Below, one piece after another: positions 34,064 through 41,941 of a stretch of 64,000 bases of DNA. Each line of letters begins with the position of its first letter. Position 1 is the first letter of the stretch. The notes beneath the pieces are model-generated. The model saw nothing but the letters and a program-made list of their open reading frames with translations. It did not search any database and had not been told where the DNA came from. The stretch is from a virus. The DNA is taken from IMG/VR virus record IMGVR_UViG_3300035128_000056, positions 1-64,000 of that record; one strand, 5' to 3'. The position numbers were made by a program, and so were the translations under genes.

Positions 34064-34675
34064 TCAGTCGAGGATCGCAACCCCAACATCGGTTGTGTCT
34101 GCGTAGATGCGGTACGGGCTGATTGGGGCGACCAGGTATGCCTGCACTGGGAAGTTGTCGGTGACACCGTCTGGCCACCCCACCTTCACCGTTCCGGTGT
34201 CAACGGCCATGAACGGGAAGCGCTGGTCGACGAGATGCCGACGCGGGCACGCGATGCCGCTGAACCCAAGCTCCATCAGCCCGCCGCCACCCAGTTGAGC
34301 CGGGACGTAAACCGAGGTGAGCGTATCGAGCGGCGTTGTGCCGATGATGGTTTCGTTTCCGCCGGCCTGGGTTAGCAGGGTCTGCACCGTTACTTCAACC
34401 CCGCCACGGGTGCCGGTCCAGATGATCGGGTCCGTGGTGTTGAAGGTCGCAGGGGATGCATTGGTGGTGACGCTCGGGTAGCGCGCCACCTTCATCTTCA
34501 GGTCGGTGACGGGGCCCGGGTTGGCCAGCGCCCCGTCGAGCGTGGCAACGCTGTACGTAGTTGCCGATGTCGGAGACGCAAACGACGCCTTGAAAGCGTC
34601 CGTGTCAGCCAGGGCAGCCGCGGTCGCAAACGTCGTACTGCGCCTGAGCGCCAGCGCTAGGTCAACACCGTACAT
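34064..34675 (-). CDS. Hypothetical protein, second gene of the cassette between terL and portal
   Basis: 203 aa, Thr/Ala/Gly-rich. Lies 10 nt downstream of the fibre-like gene. Confidence 0.5.
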   Translation of the reverse strand: MYGVDLALALRRSTTFATAAALADTDAFKASFASPTSATTYSVATLDGALANPGPVTDLKMKVARYPSVTTNASPATFNTTDPIIWTGTRGGVEVTVQTLLTQAGGNETIIGTTPLDTLTSVYVPAQLGGGGLMELGFSGIACPRRHLVDQRFPFMAVDTGTVKVGWPDGVTDNFPVQAYLVAPISPYRIYADTTDVGVAILD

Positions 34676-34685
34676 GGGTCACCGA

Positions 34686-35864
34686 TCAGGCGAGAACGTG
34701 GAACCAAACAGTGACGTCGAGCTCACCAGCATCCAAATCAGCTAGATCGTGGCTTCCGTCCGGGGTGAACGTGATAGTCAATTGTTCAGACGAAAAGCTG
34801 CCAACCGGGTGTACTCCGGCGGTGCTGAACGCTAGCTTCCCTGTCGCTGCCCCAGTGAAAACGTCGTGCCCGTCACCGATCGCATCAGCGTCAGTTCCGC
34901 CAACGTCGATGGTCACCGCCGTAGCTCCTCCACCACTGAACAGCGTAGTGATATCAACCTCGCTCGCTACCACTACAGCATTTGCTGGCAGAGCGGCTCC
35001 GATATTTAGAGCTTGTGCAACCCCATCAGACGATTCAGTGAGATCAGCCTGAGTAACGTTCAGCGTCCGCTTCTGGAAGATAGCGGCAGTGTTCGTGTTG
35101 ATCAGCGCGCGGTTTTCCGCGAGCGCTGCCTCGACTGTCGTCCCAGTGATTAGCGTCCCGGAGTCTTCGATGCCGACCAGTGAAGCGCCCTCCCCATTGG
35201 AGGTAGACGCAAGCAGCGTCTGCAGCGCCGTCCCAGTCGTAGTCGTCGCGATAGCCGAGAAGGTCAGTGCGGTCGTGTTGAGTACGATCGCGTCGTCCGT
35301 CGTGAGCATGAACAGGGTGTTCCCGTTCGCTGTACCCTCGTTTACAGTGATGAGGACTCCGGCGCGCATCTGGTCGCTCTGGGAGTGCGTAGATGCACGA
35401 ACCATCGACCACTTTGCGTCGGCGGCTCCGATGCCGGTCAGTACGTAGAGACCGTTGTTGGCACCAGTGGACTCGTTCTTCACCAGCACCAGCTCACCAA
35501 CGGCAAGGTCGGTTAGGCCGTCGATGCCGGTGTCATTCAGCGCTGCGTTTGCGTCGGCTGTCAGCGTGTTGCTGGTTCGAGTATTGGCTGGTAGTGCAGC
35601 AGCAGTAGCGACGCGCACACGAATCAGCGCCGACGCCTCTCCGCGCACCAGCCACTTGCCGGACCCGCTCGAAGGGGACAGCCCATCAGAGGCAGTCGAG
35701 TCATCGTCGAACTGGAAGACCTTGCCTCCAGCTACTACCACCATTCCGTCCGCGCGATACGCTGGACCCAATGCCTGCAGCGCCGCCTCGGTGGCAAATG
35801 CTCCGCCAAATCGCTCAGAAACTTCTCGCGCCGCCGCGTCGCCGTACTTGAGTGCACCTGACAT
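34686..35864 (-). CDS. Fibre/tailspike-N-terminus-like protein inserted between terL and portal; its upstream region is matched by CRISPR spacer 1
   Basis: 392 aa. LAVGELVLVKNESTGANNGLYVL and GASLVGIEDSGTLITGTTVEAALAE resemble motifs of phage fibre/tailspike proteins. AAGGA RBS 10 nt upstream of ATG 35864. Confidence 0.5.
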   Translation of the reverse strand: MSGALKYGDAAAREVSERFGGAFATEAALQALGPAYRADGMVVVAGGKVFQFDDDSTASDGLSPSSGSGKWLVRGEASALIRVRVATAAALPANTRTSNTLTADANAALNDTGIDGLTDLAVGELVLVKNESTGANNGLYVLTGIGAADAKWSMVRASTHSQSDQMRAGVLITVNEGTANGNTLFMLTTDDAIVLNTTALTFSAIATTTTGTALQTLLASTSNGEGASLVGIEDSGTLITGTTVEAALAENRALINTNTAAIFQKRTLNVTQADLTESSDGVAQALNIGAALPANAVVVASEVDITTLFSGGGATAVTIDVGGTDADAIGDGHDVFTGAATGKLAFSTAGVHPVGSFSSEQLTITFTPDGSHDLADLDAGELDVTVWFHVLA

Positions 35865-35874
35865 GGTGTCGTTT

Positions 35875-35910
35875 CCTTCGTTCGTTGAAAATACGAGCCG
35901 CCGCGCAGGC
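35875..35910 (-). other. Protospacer: exact 36/36 match to CRISPR spacer 1 (711-746)
   Basis: Plus strand CCTTCGTTCGTTGAAAATACGAGCCGCCGCGCAGGC is the exact reverse complement of spacer 1 GCCTGCGCGGCGGCTCGTATTTTCAACGAACGAAGG. On the minus strand it is flanked 5' by CACCCACCCC and 3' by AAACGACACC-ATG. Confidence 0.95.
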
Positions 35911-36006
35911 GGGGTGGGTGATGCGTGGACTCAGGTTGGAACGGCCGAGCCCACAGGAGAGCCGCTGGTCAGGGACCTGGGGAGGAGGATGGATGCAAGG
36001 AACGGA

Positions 36007-37602
36007 TCAGAATGGGGCGCGACCGTGACGGCCGGCCATGGATCTGCGAGCACGCATCGCGTCTGGCCCGAAGCGCGAATGCAGGCGCGTGTTGGCGATG
36101 AGGCGCTTGTTCGTCTCGGCGGCTCCGGAGTAGTCGACGGCGCCGCTTTCGCACGCCAGAGCCAACCCCATCGCGTTCGCATGGTCAGGGCTGCGCTTCA
36201 GGCGCTTCTTGATCGAGTCCTGTGACTCGACGCGGATCTTACCGGCTGGCGTGAGAGAGTACGTCGGCGCCACCAGTTCGCGCTCAAGCTCGTGGTTCGG
36301 CTCTAGTGCTGCCCCGTCAACCAGCCACTCCCGCAACATCCACCACATCTCGTCGCGGATTCGATCGAAGCGGTCCGTGTCGTTCGCAGACTGCGCTGAG
36401 TTGATCCCAACCACTGAGAGCCCGACTATGTCGCGCAACTCCTCGATCACACCATCGACGACGCCAGCGCCAAGCCCGCCCTCGTCGATTCCAATCACGA
36501 CCGGCTCGTTGCCTCGTCGCAACTCCTTGGCTGCACTGACGATCTCGCCCGTAACCTCGGTGGTCGGCGCCCCGTGGATCGTCCTGTGGGTCCCGCCGTA
36601 GTCGCCGCGTTTCCACGCGATTACGGTGTCATCGTCTCCGTAGCGCGCGATGTCGGCTCCGATGCAAAGCTTCCCGGATGCGGTTCCTGCCGGATCCAAT
36701 GACGGGTCTTCGCGCCAGAGTTCCAGCGCTGCCTCGAGTGCGAAAAGCGGAACGACCACGTTGGGTCCGGACTTGGGGAAGTCGCCACCAACACGGACGT
36801 CCCAGACGGGTTCCCCGGGCCCGCCGTACTCGCGCGCCATCTCCTCTGCCCAGATGGGCTCAGCGAGACCCGGTACCACAATCTCGCCAGCCAGGATGTT
36901 CGGCGACTCGAGGCTGGAGATATGAAGCAGCGCCCCTTCCTCGAACAGGTTCCGCTTGTCGTGGAACGAGTCGAAGAAGTGGCCGGTAGTAGTAGTCGGG
37001 TTCCCGGTCTCGACGAGCTTTCCGCCGCCGGCCAGGTTGCCCATGATGGCCTCGAAGACGGCGTCCTTCACGCCGCTGGCTTCGTCGACCAGGTAGAGGA
37101 CCTCCGGCGCCGAGATGCCCGAGAAGGAATCCGGGTCGTCAACGGTGAACCCGAGGATCTGCGAGCCGTTCGGAAGCAGGATGCCGGTGGATGGGTCCAG
37201 CGGGACGACTGGCAGCGCGTTGCCGCGCTGTGCCATGGAGCGGAGCTTCCTCACCTCGCGCCAGATCGTCTCCTTTACCTGCCGCGCTGTCGGATGAGTG
37301 GCAACGACTCGAACCCCCGGGCGAGTCAGTGCGAACCACCACGCGAGCAACGCGATCGAAAGAGTCTTGCCGGTCTTGTGACCGGACCTGCACGCTACAC
37401 GGCGAAACTTGGCGACCGCTCGGCAGAGGTCTGCCTGCTTCGTGTAGCCTTCGAACTCAAGACGGAGTCCAAAGAATTCCTTCGCGAAAGCAACTGGGTC
37501 GTTGCGGTATGACTCAATGGAGTCGGCCGTCCTCTTCTGCTTCCTGACCTTCCGCGCCGCCTCCGCCCAACGCGGCGACAATGCGATCGAATGTTTCGTC
37601 AT
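36007..37602 (-). CDS. terL: Terminase large subunit
   Basis: 531 aa. Walker A context RSGHKTGKTLSIALLAWWF. Follows the small-subunit gene, with an 89-nt overlap if ATG 37602 is used. Confidence 0.8.
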   Translation of the reverse strand: MTKHSIALSPRWAEAARKVRKQKRTADSIESYRNDPVAFAKEFFGLRLEFEGYTKQADLCRAVAKFRRVACRSGHKTGKTLSIALLAWWFALTRPGVRVVATHPTARQVKETIWREVRKLRSMAQRGNALPVVPLDPSTGILLPNGSQILGFTVDDPDSFSGISAPEVLYLVDEASGVKDAVFEAIMGNLAGGGKLVETGNPTTTTGHFFDSFHDKRNLFEEGALLHISSLESPNILAGEIVVPGLAEPIWAEEMAREYGGPGEPVWDVRVGGDFPKSGPNVVVPLFALEAALELWREDPSLDPAGTASGKLCIGADIARYGDDDTVIAWKRGDYGGTHRTIHGAPTTEVTGEIVSAAKELRRGNEPVVIGIDEGGLGAGVVDGVIEELRDIVGLSVVGINSAQSANDTDRFDRIRDEMWWMLREWLVDGAALEPNHELERELVAPTYSLTPAGKIRVESQDSIKKRLKRSPDHANAMGLALACESGAVDYSGAAETNKRLIANTRLHSRFGPDAMRARRSMAGRHGRAPF

Positions 37603-37999
37603 CCGCTACCCCGCGAATCACCTCAAGGAGCGCGATGCGTTCGCCTTGCTCCAGTCGGATCGTCTGCTCTGTCAGCCCCATGTTCTTGGACAGGAGCTCC
37701 AGGCCGCGGAGTGCATCCGTGATGCGCGACCGTTTCGTCGCCATCGCGACGAGGACGTTGACCTGAGCGTTCACCCTCGCCCGGAGCTCCTCTCGATCGT
37801 CGTCGCTGCCCCTGAGCATCCGTGAAACTTCGGCAGCTTCACGGTCGATCGTTGTTTGGTGCACCCCGTATTCGTCGGCCAATCGGGCCGCTGTCACGCC
37901 TTTCGTCCAGGCCCCGGGGGTCGTCATCAAACGGATGATGCGTTGCAGACGCTCGTTCTTCTCCTCACGCAACTGGGCGCGCGATTTTCCTTTGGCCAC
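37514..37999 (-). CDS. terS: Terminase small subunit (HTH)
   Basis: 161 aa. VTAARLADEYGVHQTTIDRE is HTH-like. Lies immediately upstream of terL. Confidence 0.5.
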   Translation of the reverse strand: MAKGKSRAQLREEKNERLQRIIRLMTTPGAWTKGVTAARLADEYGVHQTTIDREAAEVSRMLRGSDDDREELRARVNAQVNVLVAMATKRSRITDALRGLELLSKNMGLTEQTIRLEQGERIALLEVIRGVADDETFDRIVAALGGGGAEGQEAEEDGRLH

Positions 38000-38009
38000 G
38001 TCAATATGC

Positions 38010-39326
38010 CTAGTTAGCGTTCGCGCTATGTCGCTCCGCTTTTTGTCCTGTCAGTTTCTCCCAGCGCTCCACGATGACGTCGCAGTAGCGCGGGTCGAGT
38101 TCAATTGTGAAGCAGCGGCGTACGGTGCGCTCGCATGCGATGAGCGTAGTCCCTGAGCCGCCGAATGGGTCCGCCACCATGTCGCCCCGCAGCGAGGAAA
38201 GCTTGATGCAGTACTCGACCAGTTCCACCGGCTTCATGGTTGGGTGTTCCGCGGAGCGCGTCGGCTTGGAAAACTCAAGCACGCTGGTCTGTTTACGATC
38301 TCCGCGGAAGCGATGCTCAGCGCCAGGCCTCCACCCGTAGAAGATTGGCTCGTGCTGGTAGTGGAAGTCGGAGTGGCCAAGAACCAAAGACCCCTTGTCC
38401 CAGACTAGGTACTGCCTCCAGATGTCCAGGTCGCGAAGCACCGCGCCGAAGTGGTGGTGCAGTGGGCCGGGCGGAGCCGCTACATACCAACCGCCGCCCG
38501 GCTTCGTTGCTGCGCAGGCAAGCCCAAGGGCATTGCGCAACAACTGGTGCAGTTTCTCCGGATCGAGTTTGTCGTTCTCGATGGTGAGAGCGTCCTTGGT
38601 CTTTCCGACATAGGCCACACCATAGGGCGGGTCGGTCCATACCATCTCGACCTCGACACCATCCCAGAGCGAAGCGTCTTGCGAGTCTCCGCAGACCAGT
38701 GTGTGTTCGCCGAGCGTCCAGACGTCGCCGAGTTTGGTGCGCGGCTCCTTCGGAACTTCAGGGATCGAATCCAGGTCTTCCTCGCCGAAGTCGTCCTCTT
38801 GCCCCTCTAGCAGTCGGTCCAGTTCACCGGGGTCGAGCCCGAGATCCGCTATCAGCCCTTCCTCTGCCAGGTCGGCGAGCACCGAACCAAGCAGCTCGTC
38901 GTCCCAGTCGGCCTTCTCGCCGGTCTTGTTGTCGGCCACGGCGAGCGCGTCGCATTGGGCTTCGGTCAGCCCGAACTTGCGGCGCACCGGAACCTCGCCG
39001 GTGTCCTTCGTGCGAATCGCGTCCGGGTGCCAGTCTTCACGTTCCCGAGTTCGAGCTCGCATCCAAAGCTGCTTCAGCCGCTCGGCCGCCTTCGCCCGGG
39101 TGTGGCCGGCGATGATCCGATCATCCTCGCCACGGACCAGGATCGGGGCGCCCCAACCGAATGCGATGATGCTCCGCGCAACATCGTCGACCGCCTGCGT
39201 GTTCTTCCTCGGGTTGCGCCTCCAGGGGGAGAGAAACGAGACGGTGAGCCACTCGAGTTCGGGCGGCGGTCCGGCGTCGCGCGTACGTGACTGGTCTGGC
39301 TTTTTCTTCCTGGTTGACCCCGCCAT
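38010..39326 (-). CDS. ParB-like nuclease domain fused to N6/N4 DNA methyltransferase
   Basis: 438 aa. ILVRGEDDRIIAGHTRAKAAERL (ParB N-terminal domain), MVWTDPPYGVAYVGK (DPPY), DPFGGSGTTLIACE (SAM-binding). Confidence 0.85.
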   Translation of the reverse strand: MAGSTRKKKPDQSRTRDAGPPPELEWLTVSFLSPWRRNPRKNTQAVDDVARSIIAFGWGAPILVRGEDDRIIAGHTRAKAAERLKQLWMRARTREREDWHPDAIRTKDTGEVPVRRKFGLTEAQCDALAVADNKTGEKADWDDELLGSVLADLAEEGLIADLGLDPGELDRLLEGQEDDFGEEDLDSIPEVPKEPRTKLGDVWTLGEHTLVCGDSQDASLWDGVEVEMVWTDPPYGVAYVGKTKDALTIENDKLDPEKLHQLLRNALGLACAATKPGGGWYVAAPPGPLHHHFGAVLRDLDIWRQYLVWDKGSLVLGHSDFHYQHEPIFYGWRPGAEHRFRGDRKQTSVLEFSKPTRSAEHPTMKPVELVEYCIKLSSLRGDMVADPFGGSGTTLIACERTVRRCFTIELDPRYCDVIVERWEKLTGQKAERHSANAN

Positions 39327-39333
39327 GTCTCCC

Positions 39334-39510
39334 TCACCCTGCGTTCAGCTCATCAACCAGCCGCCCCAGCTTTGCCGCAGCGTGCTCCGCGATGCTGGCT
39401 CGGAGCGCTTCCCGCTCCAGCCGCGGCCCCCGTTCTCTGTCCAGCTCCTTGACCTTCTGTGCCATGGCGTCGAGCACCAGCCGCTTTGCTCTCGGTCGAG
39501 TTCGCTTCAT
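39334..39510 (-). CDS. Small basic protein (possibly ribbon-helix-helix-like)
   Basis: Start taken at MKRTRPRAKRLVLDAMAQKV (ATG 39510) within track ORF 39334..39561. 58 aa. Confidence 0.4.
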   Translation of the reverse strand: MKRTRPRAKRLVLDAMAQKVKELDRERGPRLEREALRASIAEHAAAKLGRLVDELNAG

Positions 39511-39516
39511 GTTGAC

Positions 39517-39545
39517 TTGACTACCTGGCCGGTCTGCGTTACTTT
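39517..39545 (+). promoter_or_regulatory. Sigma70-like promoter TTGACT-N17-TACTTT facing the plus-strand ORF at 39560
   Basis: TTGACT (39517-39522; a second overlapping TTGACT at 39512-39517), 17-nt spacer, TACTTT (39540-39545). The ATG lies 14 nt downstream of the -10, implying a near-leaderless transcript. Divergent from the minus-strand gene starting at 39510. Confidence 0.35.
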
Positions 39546-39559
39546 CCGCAGCGTGAGCC

Positions 39560-39754
39560 ATGACTTCGCAGCACCTGACCAGCTGGGCTATCGAGCTCGA
39601 ATCGCTGGGCCTCTACCAGGCCGCTGCTGAGGTACGTGCTCGGATTGCTGCCTCTGCGTCGGTGACTGCTGGCCGCGCTGCCCGTGATGCTGAGGCTTGC
39701 GGGGACTGGCGGCGTTGGGCTGAGCTGCTGGCTCAGGCCGGTTTGGCTGGGTAG
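39560..39754 (+). CDS. Hypothetical Ala-rich protein on the plus strand
   Basis: 64 aa ORF. Codon bias acceptable in its first third. Convergent with 39881..40315. Confidence 0.35.
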   Translation: MTSQHLTSWAIELESLGLYQAAAEVRARIAASASVTAGRAARDAEACGDWRRWAELLAQAGLAG

Positions 39755-39873
39755 TCCCGCTTGCCTCGGGGTTCGTCTGGGTGGTTTGGAGCGCCTGGAC
39801 TCGGCAGGTTTTCGCTGCCTGACAGGACTCCCTCACCCCCTGTATCCCCCGCTCCCTCTATGTCGTGTGCTCA

Positions 39874-39903
39874 CCGTGGGCTACCGTGGGCTACCGTGGG
39901 CTA
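39874..39903. repeat. Three perfect tandem 10-bp repeats (CCGTGGGCTA x3)
   Basis: 39874-39883, 39884-39893, 39894-39903. They overlap the last codons and stop of 39881..40315 at the point where plus- and minus-strand transcription converge. Confidence 0.9.
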
Positions 39904-40315
39904 CTTGGCTTGGCCACCCAGCAAGCACTTCGAGACGCTCCGCTAGACCCTTCAGCCCATTTGCCAGTTCGCTGTCCACCTGACGCAGCTCCTCAAGCTG
40001 TGGCTCCACCGTTTGCTCGATCTGCTCGGCGACTCGTTCCCGGATCCGATCGTCAATCCGGCCTAGGAACTTAGCAACGTCTCGTGCCACCTCGTCCGCC
40101 TTCGACCGGCGCATGTCCGGGCAGTGGCGGTAGACGCTCGACTCGGTAACCTGCCATGGGCTCTTGGGGTTCGGTCCGCTGCGGGTCATGATGGTGACAC
40201 CCTGGGAGCGTTCGCGACGGCGGAGCTCCCGGAGTAGGCGCCTGCCGGGGCGGGGTCCCTTCCAGCCGAGTCGACGCGCCATTTCGGACAGGGGGATTGG
40301 CTCAGTAGTGCTCAC
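39881..40315 (-). CDS. HTH DNA-binding protein with coiled-coil C-terminus
   Basis: 144 aa. GTG start with GTGA overlap. IPLSEMARRLGWKGPRPGRRLLRELRRRE is HTH-like. Confidence 0.5.
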   Translation of the reverse strand: MSTTEPIPLSEMARRLGWKGPRPGRRLLRELRRRERSQGVTIMTRSGPNPKSPWQVTESSVYRHCPDMRRSKADEVARDVAKFLGRIDDRIRERVAEQIEQTVEPQLEELRQVDSELANGLKGLAERLEVLAGWPSQVAHGSPR

Positions 40316-41106
40316 CGGCCGTCCTCCGATGCGTGGTGGTCATCGCCGTATTCGAGCGTGGGCAGGTCTCCACCAGTAGCCGGCGCGTCGCCCACCACGA
40401 AGTTCCAGATCCTTCGGGCAAGGGTCAGGAGCTCTCTCGATTGTTCGTCAGCAGCCTGGAATTGCAGCTTTCTGTTCGCCGTCGGTTTGCGGGACTGCTC
40501 ATCGATGAGGTTCGCGAACGCCTCACGATGCCGCAGGGCACTGATCTTGCGGCCACGCAGCATCGTCTTGCCGGCTGGGGTCAGGTGCCAGACCGCTACC
40601 CAGGTGTTCCCGTCGGGGGCGTAATAGCACTCCAGAGCCTCGCGACTCGCCTGGTGCACGTTCCCCACGCCTGCCAGGCGGCTCCCTACGATGAGGTCGG
40701 CGGCGTCCGGGCAGTATGACCCGCCCAGTTTCGATCGGACGCTGGAACCGGTCATGCGGGCCGTCAGCGGGCCGTGGGCTCCGGACAGGTAGCGCGCATG
40801 GTACCCGCACCCATCGCACTCCGGGCAGACCCGGTCGAGCATCGGGGGGAGGTCGGGAGCGTTGATTCCGATCCATTCAAGCATCATCCGCTGGGTCTCG
40901 GATGCTGGTCGGCGGTCTGGCTTCGACGCCACGAAACCGCGTCCGCCGCACTCGTAGCACGGCTCGGCATGGTGGGCGTAGAGCGCCGCCCGGTCGAGCT
41001 GCGCCCCAAATGTGCTCGCTTGCCCTCGGGCTCCGCCACCACCACGCATATACCCACGGATATCCGTTGCGTCGTCGGCGCTAATGAATCCCGAGCACTC
41101 ACACAT
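40312..41106 (-). CDS. Hypothetical protein with DnaJ-type CxxCxGxG zinc-finger pair
   Basis: CYECGGRG and CPECDGCG. The track start (41271) is a TTG with poor codon usage for ~55 codons, so the start was moved to ATG 41106 (alternative 41049). Confidence 0.5.
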   Translation of the reverse strand: MCECSGFISADDATDIRGYMRGGGGARGQASTFGAQLDRAALYAHHAEPCYECGGRGFVASKPDRRPASETQRMMLEWIGINAPDLPPMLDRVCPECDGCGYHARYLSGAHGPLTARMTGSSVRSKLGGSYCPDAADLIVGSRLAGVGNVHQASREALECYYAPDGNTWVAVWHLTPAGKTMLRGRKISALRHREAFANLIDEQSRKPTANRKLQFQAADEQSRELLTLARRIWNFVVGDAPATGGDLPTLEYGDDHHASEDGR

Positions 41107-41268
41107 GCCAGGCGGAAGCGAACGCTCGACCGCTTCCAGCCATCCACTACGACAATCGAATATGGCGGGGATCACGACGACACCACGATGGGCTGAACGA
41201 CACCTGAACTTGACCAATTGCTCGCCATCCGTCAGATTCCTCTCTGCAGGGTGCCGCACACCAGGCCT

Positions 41269-41298
41269 CAACGCCGCCTCCCGCCAGGGGCGGCGTTG
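41269..41298. other. 10-bp stem GC-rich hairpin CAACGCCGCC-N10-GGCGGCGTTG in a ~340-nt low-coding gap
   Basis: Perfect inverted repeat. On the plus strand it is followed by CTCGTTTC, with no clear U-tract on either strand. Confidence 0.35.
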
Positions 41299-41447
41299 CT
41301 CGTTTCAGCTTGCTCAGGGGACCGGTTCCACTCGCTCCATCTCAAGCAACAGCTTCTCCATGTTGCCCTTCGACTCCGGGTCCGGAAGCTTCTTCGCTGC
41401 AGCCAGAGCCGATAGGCTGATTGGTACCGTGTTCCTTGTTTTGCTCT

Positions 41448-41738
41448 CTATGTCGGTTTTCGTGTTTCATCCTCATTTGCCAGCTCAGGCCACAATCCGA
41501 CCTGCACCATCCCGTCGACCGCGGCCCTCAGCTTCTTGTCACTCTGCCTATCCGACGCCTCACCGCGCAATTGCATCGGCAGGTGACCCGTCCAGCACAG
41601 CACACACAACAGGTAGAGCTCGTCGCACTCGTCATCGGTGGCCGGCTCCAGTCGGTGCCGCTGCTTCAACTCGGCGACCATCTCCGGCCGCATCGCCTGC
41701 GCAGCGTCGTGCTCGGCGAAACCAGGGAATGCGCTCAT
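41448..41738 (-). CDS. Hypothetical protein
   Basis: Start at MSAFPGFAEHD (ATG 41738, ATGA overlap with the upstream gene). 96 aa. Confidence 0.5.
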   Translation of the reverse strand: MSAFPGFAEHDAAQAMRPEMVAELKQRHRLEPATDDECDELYLLCVLCWTGHLPMQLRGEASDRQSDKKLRAAVDGMVQVGLWPELANEDETRKPT

Positions 41739-41941
41739 CGCCACCGTCGTATCTCCTCCTGAATATCCTCCAGCACCTCTGCGCGCCTGTCTCGCTGGCG
41801 TTCTGGTGTCGGTGGGAGTTGGGCGTAATCGTCTGGCTGCGGCGCTTTCCGTGGTGTCTGGCGCGGTGCCAGGATGATGACCTCTGGGTTGTCGCGCTTG
41901 CGTTTGCGACTGCGGCGGCCTGGTTGGTGTCGGCGGGACAT
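41735..41941 (-). CDS. Hypothetical basic protein
   Basis: Start at MSRRHQPGRRSRKRKRD (ATG 41941, TGATG overlap). 68 aa. Confidence 0.45.
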   Translation of the reverse strand: MSRRHQPGRRSRKRKRDNPEVIILAPRQTPRKAPQPDDYAQLPPTPERQRDRRAEVLEDIQEEIRRWR

